A stretch of DNA of 30,114 nucleotides, the filler included, from an uncultured virus (IMG/VR IMGVR_UViG_2049941000_000908) (lineage: Duplodnaviria; Heunggongvirae; Uroviricota; Caudoviricetes). It is 2 parts of one record of this genome, joined end to end, with 100 filler letters (N's around TTAATTAATTAA, not from the genome) between each part and the next. Parts side by side here need not be neighbours in the genome. Positions count along the whole stretch, not along the records: positions 1 to 15,220 come from IMGVR_UViG_2049941000_000908; 1 more part is not named here. One strand, given 5' to 3'. This document shows, piece by piece, positions 1-8,229 of this stretch (position 1 is its first letter; every line of letters starts with the position of its first letter). The notes under the pieces are model-generated. The model saw nothing but the letters and a program-made list of their open reading frames with translations. It ran no database searches and was not told the DNA's origin. The position numbers and the translations under genes were made by a program.

Positions 1-1
1 G

Positions 2-555
2 AACGGCAAGTCAACCTTCTGGAACGCGATCTCCCGCGTGCTGGGCCTGTACAGCGGCAACATCTCTGCTGACACCCTGACCGTGGGCTGCCGCAGGAAC
101 ATCAAGCCGGAAATGGCCGAGGTCAAAGGCAAGCGGCTCCTGATCGCTGCCGAGATGCAGGAAGGCGCGAGGCTGAACGACTCCACGGTCAAGCAGCTCT
201 GCTCCACGGACGATGTGTTCGCGGAAAAGAAGTACAAGGACCCGTTCTCCTTCAAGCCCTGCCACACGCTGGTGCTCTATACGAATCATCTGCCGAGGGT
301 CAGCGCTTCTGACGACGGAATCTGGCGCAGGCTGATCGTGATCCCGTTCAGTGCGAAGATCACCGGCAAGAGCGACATCAAGAATTACAGCGAGTACCTG
401 TATGACAACGCTGGCGAAAGCATTCTGGCGTGGGTCATCGAGGGTGCCAAGAAGGTCATCGAGCTGGAATACCAGATCCCGGTGCCGGAGAGCGTACAGA
501 AAGCAATCAACGAATACCGCAGCCAGAATGACTGGTTCGGCCACTTCCTTGAGGA
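2..555 (+). CDS. Phage/plasmid primase P4 family, SF3 (D5-like) helicase domain; partial at both ends
   Basis: Frame from base 2 reads NGKSTFWNAISRVLG (Walker A), KRLLIAAE (Walker B), LVLYTNHLP (motif C) and DDGIWRRLIVIPF. Ends at an N gap. Confidence 0.9.
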
Positions 556-950
556 NNNNNNNNNNNNNNNNNNNNNNNNNNNNNNNNNNNNNNNNNNNNN
601 NNNNNNNNNNNNNNNNNNNNNNNNNNNNNNNNNNNNNNNNNNNNNNNNNNNNNNNNNNNNNNNNNNNNNNNNNNNNNNNNNNNNNNNNNNNNNNNNNNNN
701 NNNNNNNNNNNNNNNNNNNNNNNNNNNNNNNNNNNNNNNNNNNNNNNNNNNNNNNNNNNNNNNNNNNNNNNNNNNNNNNNNNNNNNNNNNNNNNNNNNNN
801 NNNNNNNNNNNNNNNNNNNNNNNNNNNNNNNNNNNNNNNNNNNNNNNNNNNNNNNNNNNNNNNNNNNNNNNNNNNNNNNNNNNNNNNNNNNNNNNNNNNN
901 NNNNNNNNNNNNNNNNNNNNNNNNNNNNNNNNNNNNNNNNNNNNNNNNNA

Positions 951-1790
951 GAGTTCCGGCTGCTGGATATGGGACAGCGCCTCGGACGGTTCATCACGCA
1001 GTACCGGAACGCCTACTTCACCCCGGACAAGCGCAACGGCGAGATCATCTATTCCTACAAGCCGCTGCCCTTCGCGGAGGACGCGATCTACCGGAAGATC
1101 TCCGATATCACGATCTCCATGAAGTCCACCGATCATCTGAAGATGCCGGAGCTGGTTTCCACCCAGTACGAGGTGCGTCTCTCCGACGCGGAGGCTGAGC
1201 GGTATGCGGACCTGAAGCAGGAACTGATCCTGCAGCTGCCGGACGGCGAGGTCACTGCTGCCAATGCCGCTGCCCTGACCGGGAAGCTGGCCCAGCTGGC
1301 CAACGGTGCGATCTATGCCGACACCGGCGAAGTGGTCGAATTCCATGAGCGGAAGCTGGATGCTCTGGAGGACATCATCGAAAGCGCGAACGGCAAACCC
1401 CTGCTGGTGGCTTACTGGTTTCGGCATGACCTGCAGCGGATCAGGGAACGCTTCGATGTCCGGGAGCTGAAGTCCAGCAAGGACATCGCCGACTGGAACG
1501 CCGGGAAGATCCCCGTGGCGGTGATCCATCCCGCCTCTGCCGGTCACGGCCTCAACCTGCAAGCCGGTGGTTCCACCCTCGTGTGGTTTGGCCTGACCTG
1601 GTCCTTGGAGCTCTACCAGCAGACCAACGCCCGCCTGTGGAGACAGGGCCAGAGCGCCGGGACCGTGGTGATCCAGCACATCGTCACCAAGGGAACCATT
1701 GATGAGCGCATCCTGAAAGCCCTGCAGGCCAAGGACAGAACGCAGGCCGCCCTGATCGAGGCGGTCAAAGCGGACCTGAAAATCAGATGA
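951..1790 (+). CDS. SNF2-family (DEAD/DEAH-like) phage helicase, C-terminal part
   Basis: KLAQLANGAIY, LLVAYWFRHD, HPASAGHGLNLQAGG and WSLELYQQTNARLWRQGQ are helicase-C motifs. The 5' part lies in the gap. Confidence 0.92.
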   Translation, partial: EFRLLDMGQRLGRFITQYRNAYFTPDKRNGEIIYSYKPLPFAEDAIYRKISDITISMKSTDHLKMPELVSTQYEVRLSDAEAERYADLKQELILQLPDGEVTAANAAALTGKLAQLANGAIYADTGEVVEFHERKLDALEDIIESANGKPLLVAYWFRHDLQRIRERFDVRELKSSKDIADWNAGKIPVAVIHPASAGHGLNLQAGGSTLVWFGLTWSLELYQQTNARLWRQGQSAGTVVIQHIVTKGTIDERILKALQAKDRTQAALIEAVKADLKIR

Positions 1791-1801
1791 CNNNNNNNNN
1801 N

Positions 1802-1943
1802 TCAGAGCGCCGGAACCGTAGTGATCCAGCACATCGTCACCAAGGGCACTATTGATGAGCGCATCCTGAAAGCCCTGCAGGCAAAGGACAGAACGCAGTC
1901 CGCCCTGATCGAAGCGGTTAAAGCGGACCTGAAAATCAGATGA
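1802..1943 (+). repeat. Variant second copy of the SNF2 3' end (1650-1790); strain-variant assembly duplicate
   Basis: Near-identical copy across a 10-N gap, with mostly third-position differences. Confidence 0.85.
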
Positions 1944-1980
1944 CAACATTCGACAATCTTCGACAATCCGTGCCAATCCG
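1941..1980 (+). repeat. Four 10-bp-period direct repeats (TGACAACATT/CGACAATCTT/CGACAATCCG/TGCCAATCCG)
   Basis: Read directly from the sequence; intergenic, upstream of the GGAGG RBS of the 2007 ORF. Confidence 0.75.
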
Positions 1981-2006
1981 AGGGAACACTTATCGGAGGT
2001 ACAAGG

Positions 2007-2201
2007 ATGGACCCTTATCAGGAGCTTGCAAACGCCATCGTGCTGCAGGCGGTGAAGGACTACCGCATGACGGACGATGAGCAGGAACTGAAAGAAATAG
2101 AACGCTTCTTCCGTTCCGGCTGGTTTGGAGTGCTGACCAAAGTGGACCCAGACCTCCTGATCACTAACCTGCGGAAGGAGAAAAAGCAATATGACTACTA
2201 A
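2007..2201 (+). CDS. Conserved small phage protein (64 aa)
   Basis: GGAGG RBS. MDPYQELANAIVLQAVKDYR...ERFFRSGWF is typical of the gene preceding RinA-like regulators. Overlaps the next gene. Confidence 0.8.
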   Translation: MDPYQELANAIVLQAVKDYRMTDDEQELKEIERFFRSGWFGVLTKVDPDLLITNLRKEKKQYDY

Positions 2202-2607
2202 GGCATATCTGGGTCAGGCACGGTTTCTGGACATGCGGATCAAGTCAAAGATACAGCAGATCGATTCTCTGAGGGAGCTGGCCACCAGCTGCACGGCAGT
2301 ACTGTCGGACATGCCGCGCAATCCCAACCACGGCGCGTCTAAGTTGGAAAGCTGTGTCCTGAAGATCATCGAAGTGCAGGAAGGCCTGAAAGATGACATC
2401 GACGCGCTGGTGGAACTGAAGAAAGAAATCATGGCCACCATCCACGCCGTGGAGGACGTGGAGCTCCAGACCCTGCTGGAAAAACGATATCTCTGTTTCC
2501 TGTCTTGGGAGCGGATCGCCGTGGAGATGCACTACAGCATCCAGCATATCTACCGGATGCATGACGCTGCTCTGGCTGCGGTGACGGAAATTCTCGCTGG
2601 CCGCTAA
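2191..2607 (+). CDS. RinA/ArpU-like (DUF1492-type) late transcriptional activator
   Basis: N-terminal coiled coil; C-terminal sigma-4-like HTH LLEKRYLCFLSWERIAVEMHYSIQHIYRMHDAAL. Sits just before HNH and terS. Confidence 0.8.
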   Translation: MTTKAYLGQARFLDMRIKSKIQQIDSLRELATSCTAVLSDMPRNPNHGASKLESCVLKIIEVQEGLKDDIDALVELKKEIMATIHAVEDVELQTLLEKRYLCFLSWERIAVEMHYSIQHIYRMHDAALAAVTEILAGR

Positions 2608-2610
2608 GCA

Positions 2611-2655
2611 TGAGAGGAAATGAGAGAGATTGAGAGTCGCTTCTTATGATAGGAT
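2611..2655 (+). promoter_or_regulatory. Putative late promoter: TGAGAG x3 at 10-bp period plus extended -10 (TG-A-TAGGAT)
   Basis: TGAGAG at 2611, 2621 and 2631; TG at 2647 and TAGGAT at 2650-2655. Lies between the late regulator and the packaging operon. Confidence 0.6.
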
Positions 2656-2796
2656 TAAGATGCGAAAATCGAAGGTCAGGACCGGGCAACCGGCTCTGGC
2701 CTTTTCTATTGGAGGCGAGCAATGCCGTACAGGAAGGTCGGGTACGCCGAGCAGATCTGGTACATGCTCCGCTGGAAGTTGAAGGAGGTGTTCCCG

Positions 2797-3109
2797 ATGC
2801 CGAGGTTCCCGGACCACCCTTGCAGGCATCCCGGCTGTCCCAAGCTGGTGCCCAAGGGAAAGAAATACTGTGACGAACACGTCGCACTGCACCCGGAGGA
2901 AGTCCGGTCCGCTGCCGCCCGTGGTTACAACGCACGCTGGCGACGGCTCTCGAAGCTCTTTCTTTNNNNNNNNNNTCGTGGATCACATCCGTCCGCACCG
3001 TGGTGACCCGGAGCTCTTCTGGGACCCGGACAACTGGCAGGCGCTCTGCAAACATCATCATGATGTGAAGACGCGCAACGAAGATCAGTACCCTGTATAT
3101 CACTACTGA
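2797..3109 (+). CDS. HNH endonuclease (terminase-associated); spans a 10-N gap; alternative in-frame start at 2722
   Basis: PCRHPGCPKLV...YCDEH, ARGYNARWRR and VDHIRPHRGD..LFWDPDNWQALCKHHHDVKT. AAGGAGGTG RBS before ATG 2797. Confidence 0.9.
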
Positions 3110-3120
3110 TTTCCGACCGG

Positions 3121-3200
3121 GAGGGGCGGTCAAAATCTCTACGAGGCGACTCCCCACAGACCGCCGCCCCCTCTTTTACGCAAAAAATCCGGTTCAAACA
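3121..3200. other. Putative cos/packaging-initiation region
   Basis: Imperfect GC-rich dyad GAGGGGCGGTC (3121-3131) / GACCGCCGCCCCCTC (3159-3173), followed by an A tract. Located between HNH and terS, the usual cos position in HNH-terminase phages. Confidence 0.55.
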
Positions 3201-3239
3201 GGGTATTAACCCCTGAGCCATCGAAAGGACGGTGAAAAC

Positions 3240-3827
3240 GTGGCTAAAGACGGTACAAACAGAGGCGGCAGACGCGTCCGTGCAGGCGATAAACCGGATG
3301 CTCTTGCCGATAAAATCGCTCGTGGCAAAGCCGCGCAGGTCATGGACCTTCCGATCACCGAGCTCGATGGTACGGATGACCTTGGACCGGTCGCGGATCT
3401 GTCCGGAGCGGATATGCCGCACCCCAGCGACTACCTGTCCGCCAAGCAGCGTGACGGTGAACCGCTCGGCGCGGACATCATATTCAATGAAACGATCCGC
3501 TGGCTGAAGGAACGCGGCTGCGACCGGCTGGGCAATCCCCGNNNNNNNNNNCCCCGGCTGGTGGAAAGCTACTCCGAGGCCTTTGCCCGGTATATCCAGT
3601 GTTCAGAGGCGGTCAGCAGCTATGGCCTCCTCGGCAAGCACCCCACTACGAAGGCACCCATCGCCAGTCCCTTCGTACAAATGATGCTCAGTTTCCAGAA
3701 ACAGGCCAACCTGCTCTGGTACGAGATATTTGACATCGTGAAGCAGAACTGCACCACGGCCTACGAGGGCTCCCCGCAGGATGACGCGATGGAAAAACTG
3801 CTCAGATCAAGGAGTAAAAAGCGATGA
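3240..3827 (+). CDS. terS: Terminase small subunit (P27 family-like)
   Basis: GTG start. MAKDGTNRGGRRVRAGDKP N-terminus and GLLGKHPTTKAPIASPFVQM. Position after HNH. Contains a 10-N gap. Confidence 0.8.
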   Translation: MAKDGTNRGGRRVRAGDKPDALADKIARGKAAQVMDLPITELDGTDDLGPVADLSGADMPHPSDYLSAKQRDGEPLGADIIFNETIRWLKERGCDRLGNPXXXXPRLVESYSEAFARYIQCSEAVSSYGLLGKHPTTKAPIASPFVQMMLSFQKQANLLWYEIFDIVKQNCTTAYEGSPQDDAMEKLLRSRSKKR

Positions 3828-4606
3828 TAGAAAAAGTCAATCCGAGCCATCCGGACAAGGTGGCAGACCGCATCGCCGGTGCCATCGTGGACCTCGCATA
3901 TCGGACGGAGCATGATCCGAAGATCGCTGTGGAAGTCCTGATCGGCCACGGCAGATGCCATGTGATTATTGAGACCACGGCTGTGCTCGACGAAGACGCG
4001 ATCACGGATGCCATCAACAGGATCGCAGGTGACGTCACGCCGGACATCCAGATCGTCCCGCAGGATACGCACCTCTCTGAGAACCAGGCGGAGGGCCTGC
4101 GCTGCGGAGACAACGGTATCTTCAAGGGAATGCCGCTGACGCCGGAACAGAAACAGCTCTCAGCCATTGCCCGCAGAATTTATGAGAAATACACATCTGA
4201 CGGGAAGTACATTCTGGACGGCATCCGCCTGATCCTCTGCCAGAGCAACGCTCCCACTAAGGAACTGGCCAAGGACTATCCCGGCGCGGAGATCAACCCG
4301 CTCGGCGACTGGACCGGTGGCACGAATGTAGATACCGGCGCTACCAACCGGAAGCTCGGCAGTGACATGGCCGACTCCGTGACCGGTGGCGGCCTGCACG
4401 GCAAGGACCTGTCCAAGGCCGATGTATCCGTCAACATCCACGCCTTCCTGAAAGCCCAGCGTACCGGCGAGCCCGTGGAGCTCTGCTGCGCCATCGGCGA
4501 CGATACCGTGGACGGTCTTCCATTTCCGGATATCGTGGAGGAAGCGCGGAACTACATTCTCTCTATCGGCGGCTTCGAGAAGTTTGCCGAATGGGGCCTG
4601 TATTGA
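3824..4606 (+). CDS. metK: Compact S-adenosylmethionine synthetase (methionine adenosyltransferase)-like protein, 260 aa
   Basis: EKVNPSHPDKVADRIAGAIVD (cf. ESV..GHPDK..D), GDNGIFKG (cf. GAGDQG), DTGATNRKL (cf. DTGLTGRKI) and GGGLHGKDLSKADVS (cf. GGGAFSGKDPTKVDRS). ATGA overlap with terS. Confidence 0.88.
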   Translation: MIEKVNPSHPDKVADRIAGAIVDLAYRTEHDPKIAVEVLIGHGRCHVIIETTAVLDEDAITDAINRIAGDVTPDIQIVPQDTHLSENQAEGLRCGDNGIFKGMPLTPEQKQLSAIARRIYEKYTSDGKYILDGIRLILCQSNAPTKELAKDYPGAEINPLGDWTGGTNVDTGATNRKLGSDMADSVTGGGLHGKDLSKADVSVNIHAFLKAQRTGEPVELCCAIGDDTVDGLPFPDIVEEARNYILSIGGFEKFAEWGLY

Positions 4607-4616
4607 GGTGACCGCT

Positions 4617-5873
4617 ATGGCAAAGACGACAACCGAGATGAAGCTGGTCTCCATCGACAAGCTCATCCCTTATGTGAATAACGCACGAACCCACTCGCCG
4701 GAGCAGATCAACAAGCTCCGGTCTTCTTTACGGGAATTTGGCTTCGTCAACCCCGTAATCATCGACCAGAACTACAACGTGGTCGCTGGTCATGGGCGGC
4801 TGATGGCTGCGCGTGAGGAAGGCTTCACCGAAGTGCCCTGCGTGCTGGTGGACTACCTGACCGACGCCCAGCGCAAAGCCTACATCCTCGCGGACAACCG
4901 CTATGCCGAGGATGCGGGCTGGGACGAGGAAATGCTGCGCGTCGAGATTGAAGCCCTGCAGGAGCAGGCGTTTGACCTGTCCCTGACCGGCTTTGATGCA
5001 GACGAGTTGGCTGACCTGTTCGCGGATGACGAGGAAGAAACCAAGGACGACGACTTCGACCTCACCGCCGCACTGGAGAAGGCATCCTTCGTGGAACCCG
5101 GCGACCTCTGGACCGTGGGCAAGCACCGCCTGCTCTGTGGTGACGCCACCAAGGCTGAGGATGTAGAACGGCTCATGGACGGCAAACGCGCCAACCTGAT
5201 CGTGACGGACCCGCCCTACGGCGTTTCCTTCAAGAGTTCCAGCGGCCTTGCCATCCAGAACGATTCCATGAAGGGCGACGAGTTCTACCAGTTCCTTCTG
5301 GCAGCGTTTCAGGCAATGGCCGATGTTCTGGAAAAAGGCGGTGCCGCTTATGTGTTCCACGCGGACACTGAAGGGCTCAACTTCCGAAAGGCCTTCATTG
5401 ATGCCGGATTCCATCTGGCCGGTGTCTGCATCTGGGTGAAGAACAGCCTCGTGCTGGGCCGCTCAGATTATCAGTGGCAGCATGAGCCGGTGCTCTACGG
5501 ATTCCTACAGAACGGAAAGCATCCGTGGTACGCCGACCGGAAACAGACCACGATCTGGAACTACGACAAGCCCAAGCGCAACGAGAACCACCCGACCAGC
5601 AAGCCGCTGGACCTGCTGGCTTATCCGATCACCAATTCTTCGCAGGTCAACAGCGTCGTGATCGACACGTTCGGCGGCAGCGGTTCCACCATGATGGCCT
5701 GCGAACAGACCGGTCGCATTTGCTACATGATGGAGCTTGATCCGAAGTACGCCTCCGTTATCCTCCGGCGCTACGTTGAGGACTTCGGCGGTGCCGATCA
5801 GGTATATGTGGAACGCGACGGTAAGAAGCTCAGGTACGCCGATCTGGTGAAGGAAGTCGAGACCAGATCGTAA
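4617..5873 (+). CDS. ParB-like N-domain plus N6A/N4C DNA methyltransferase (beta-class motif order)
   Basis: LIPYVNNARTH...FGFVNPVIID...AGHGRL (ParB/Srx). VTDPPY catalytic motif precedes HPTSKP and the DTFGGSGST SAM-binding motif. GAGGTG RBS before ATG 4617. Confidence 0.93.
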   Translation: MAKTTTEMKLVSIDKLIPYVNNARTHSPEQINKLRSSLREFGFVNPVIIDQNYNVVAGHGRLMAAREEGFTEVPCVLVDYLTDAQRKAYILADNRYAEDAGWDEEMLRVEIEALQEQAFDLSLTGFDADELADLFADDEEETKDDDFDLTAALEKASFVEPGDLWTVGKHRLLCGDATKAEDVERLMDGKRANLIVTDPPYGVSFKSSSGLAIQNDSMKGDEFYQFLLAAFQAMADVLEKGGAAYVFHADTEGLNFRKAFIDAGFHLAGVCIWVKNSLVLGRSDYQWQHEPVLYGFLQNGKHPWYADRKQTTIWNYDKPKRNENHPTSKPLDLLAYPITNSSQVNSVVIDTFGGSGSTMMACEQTGRICYMMELDPKYASVILRRYVEDFGGADQVYVERDGKKLRYADLVKEVETRS

Positions 5874-5875
5874 GA

Positions 5876-6050
5876 TGCACAACGTCTCCGACCGGTGTTT
5901 GTGTAATAGGTAGAATGTCCCGGAAGGCCTGAAAATATGCGGTTTTTTCGAGATATATAACTTGCTATTTCAGGCCTTTAGAGTGATTAATACACTACCC
6001 GGAGGGAACAGGCCCACGGGAAACCAAACACTATAACGGAGGTACATACC
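5876..6050 (+). promoter_or_regulatory. Cassette leader 1: TGCACAA-N16-TTGTGTA dyad, promoter-like box and AACGGAGG RBS
   Basis: Dyad at 5876-5905; TATAACTTGCTATTTCAGGCCTTTAGAGTGATTAATACACTACC at 5956-5999. Homologous to the leaders at 7270 and 8230. Confidence 0.75.
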
Positions 6051-6833
6051 ATGATGAACATCAGACTTGCAACCGAGAACAGAAAAGCCGCCGCGCTGAG
6101 GCTGGCGGAGATCACCGGCGAGACTTCCCGCTACACCAAGGTTCCCAGATGCGCCTACCAGGTCGGCCCCTTCTTCTTCGAGAAGGACGGCACGGTCACG
6201 GTACCGGAGGACGCGGATTTCACGCCGCTGCGCACGCTGGCCGATGAAGGCCTGCTGGAGCCCTTCGAGGCAGAAGCCGAGCCGCAGTCGCAGGAAGATA
6301 CCACGGCGGCCACGGAGCCCGACGACGCGGACAGCGCCACCGAGGACGCGGATGCCCTGACGATCTCCCTGCCGATGGACGGCTTCAACCCGGATTCCCT
6401 TGACCGGCTCATCAAGCTGGTCGACAGCAAGGCCACCCTGATCAAGAAGGCGCTGGGTGCCACACGCCTGACGATCCGCAGGGATGGCGACCGGGTTTCC
6501 TTCCCTTGGTGGGACACGATGCCGGAAGCCGACGAGGTACAGACCTACATGAGCTTCATCACCGCCCTCTGCAAGATGGCGAAAGAAGCCCAGCGGGTCA
6601 CCGCCAAGGAAACTGAGGTTGAAAGCGAAAAGTACGCCTTCCGGTGCTTCCTCCTCCGACTGGGCTTCATCGGCAGCGACAGCAAGGCCCAGCGCAAAAT
6701 CCTGATGCGCAGGCTTTCCGGCACCGCCGCCTTCCCGAACAAGGAAAAGGCCGATGCCTTCAGCGCCGCACAGAAGGCCAAGCGGGATGCCGCCAAAGCC
6801 GCCGAGACCGAGGAGGTGGCAGCATGCGAATGA
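6051..6833 (+). CDS. Conserved phage protein commonly annotated 'virulence-related protein'; function unknown
   Basis: GGAGG RBS. C-terminal signature EKYAFRCFLLRLGFIG...RKILMRRLSG.AAF; acidic linker. Confidence 0.8.
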   Translation: MMNIRLATENRKAAALRLAEITGETSRYTKVPRCAYQVGPFFFEKDGTVTVPEDADFTPLRTLADEGLLEPFEAEAEPQSQEDTTAATEPDDADSATEDADALTISLPMDGFNPDSLDRLIKLVDSKATLIKKALGATRLTIRRDGDRVSFPWWDTMPEADEVQTYMSFITALCKMAKEAQRVTAKETEVESEKYAFRCFLLRLGFIGSDSKAQRKILMRRLSGTAAFPNKEKADAFSAAQKAKRDAAKAAETEEVAACE

Positions 6834-7225
6834 TCCGACCTGAGCAGCTCAAGCACCTGCGGGAAACCTACCCGACCGGGACCCGCGTGGAACTGGTCCA
6901 GATGGACGACGCGCAGGCACCGCCCATCGGCACAAAAGGCACCGTCACCGGTGTGGACGACACAGGCAGCCTCCTGGTCGACTGGGACAACGGCTCCGGC
7001 CTGAACGTGATCTGGGGAGTCGACGTGGTCCGGAAGGTTCCGAGCATGACGGATACGATCCGCGAGCAGATCCTCGCGATCCGGGACACCGGCCTCACAA
7101 ACATGTTCGACGTCCCGATGGTCCAGCGGCTGGCCAACGACCGAGGCTACTACGAACTGGTCTGCTACCTCGAAGAACACCGCAGGGAGTACGCGCACTT
7201 CATCATGACCGGCGAGGCCGAATAA
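6824..7225 (+). CDS. DUF4314-like plus DUF5049-like fusion protein (133 aa)
   Basis: GGAGG RBS before ATG 6824. YPTGTRVELVQMDD..APPIGTKGTV..VDD.GSLLVDWDNGSGLNV (DUF4314-like), then in frame MTDTIREQILAIRDTGLTNMFD...EYAHFIMTG (DUF5049-like). Confidence 0.8.
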   Translation: MRMIRPEQLKHLRETYPTGTRVELVQMDDAQAPPIGTKGTVTGVDDTGSLLVDWDNGSGLNVIWGVDVVRKVPSMTDTIREQILAIRDTGLTNMFDVPMVQRLANDRGYYELVCYLEEHRREYAHFIMTGEAE

Positions 7226-7234
7226 CGGCTTCCA

Positions 7235-7265
7235 GCCAGAAGAGCCAGAAGGCTCTTTTGGTCGT
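7235..7265 (+). terminator. Cassette-end hairpin GCCAGAAGAGCC-AGAA-GGCTCTTTTGGT followed by CGT
   Basis: Stem visible directly after the cassette 1 stop; short T run. Confidence 0.55.
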
Positions 7266-7269
7266 ATAG

Positions 7270-7403
7270 TACACAATTTCAGGCGCTGATATTTGTCGAT
7301 TATATGTGTGGAAATCTCGCAGATATAACTTGCTATATTCCCCGTTTAGAGTGATATATACAGTACCCCAAGGGGAAAACACGAAAAACGGAGGAAAACC
7401 ACC
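7270..7403 (+). promoter_or_regulatory. Cassette leader 2: TACACAA-N16-TTGTCGA dyad, promoter-like box and RBS
   Basis: 7317-7367 matches 8277-8327 at 48/51 nt without gaps; the dyad also sits at the same 960-bp offset. Confidence 0.8.
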
Positions 7404-7679
7404 ATGACGATCAACGAAGCAATGAGAACCTACCGCCTGCCGAACCCCAGCACCCCGGAAGACCTCGAATGCCGCTGGAGCAAGATCCTGAACTTCGGAG
7501 ACAAGGTCATCCTCGCCGGGTACTACTACAACGGCAAAAACAAGCCCTGCTACTTCGGAGCCACCTACGAATTCCTGACCGACGACACCACCTGCGAGGG
7601 CACGGTTGGCCTGCGGGCCGCCAGCGAGGTCGAATTCGAGGACGACGGACACGCCATTCTCTGGGCGATGCAGCAGTAA
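7404..7679 (+). CDS. Hypothetical protein (91 aa)
   Basis: AACGGAGG RBS, strongly biased codon usage, directly after leader 2. Confidence 0.8.
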   Translation: MTINEAMRTYRLPNPSTPEDLECRWSKILNFGDKVILAGYYYNGKNKPCYFGATYEFLTDDTTCEGTVGLRAASEVEFEDDGHAILWAMQQ

Positions 7680-7692
7680 GGAGGTCAACGCC

Positions 7693-8169
7693 ATGATGAA
7701 CGCAAACAACGCCTACTTCGAGAACCTGAAGCGTATCGGCCACGAATGGGAGGCCGCCCGCGTCGAGCGGAAGAACCGCAAGCAGCAGATCATCGACACC
7801 CTCGGCTGGGACAGCGACGAGCTGAAGGCCTGGTACGAGGAAGACGCAGCCGCCAAGTTCCCCTTTGAATCCGGCGTCAGCAAGGCCTACCGCGCATGGG
7901 CGCAGAGCCTTTCCCGGAAAGAGGACGAGCTGGAGATGGACGATTTCCTCTGGGACAAGGAGGTCGCGGACTTCATCGAAGCCCTCCGCAGCGCCGGGAT
8001 CGAGACCTTCGTGTACACCAACCAGAGCACGGCGGTGATGGAAAACCTCCACGCCTTTGCCGCACAGGGCTGCACGATGATGGGCCTTTGCACCATCACC
8101 CGGCAGGAAACCCGCTGGGGCGACGAAGAGCCGACCGAGGTCATGGGCATCCGCTTCCGCATAAGCTGA
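7693..8169 (+). CDS. Hypothetical acidic protein (158 aa; DUF7698-like by recall)
   Basis: TAAGGAGGT stop/RBS coupling. DFLWDKEVADFIEALRSAGIETFVYTNQSTAVMENLHAF..GC.M.GL signature. Confidence 0.8.
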   Translation: MMNANNAYFENLKRIGHEWEAARVERKNRKQQIIDTLGWDSDELKAWYEEDAAAKFPFESGVSKAYRAWAQSLSRKEDELEMDDFLWDKEVADFIEALRSAGIETFVYTNQSTAVMENLHAFAAQGCTMMGLCTITRQETRWGDEEPTEVMGIRFRIS

Positions 8170-8190
8170 AAGCCGCTGGAAAACCCAGCC

Positions 8191-8221
8191 GCCACCGGAG
8201 CCGAAAGGCTCTGTTGGTCGT
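8191..8221 (+). terminator. Cassette-end hairpin GCCACCGGAGCC-GAAA-GGCTCTGTTGGT followed by CGT
   Basis: Same GCCA..GAGCC-N4-GGCTC..TGGTCGT layout as 7235-7265; GNRA loop; weak U tract. Confidence 0.5.
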
Positions 8222-8229
8222 TCATAATG

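Noticed and set aside
6051..6833. Treating the 'virulence-related protein' as a virulence factor
   Set aside because: The label is a propagated annotation. Nothing in the sequence (signal peptide, toxin motif) supports a virulence role.
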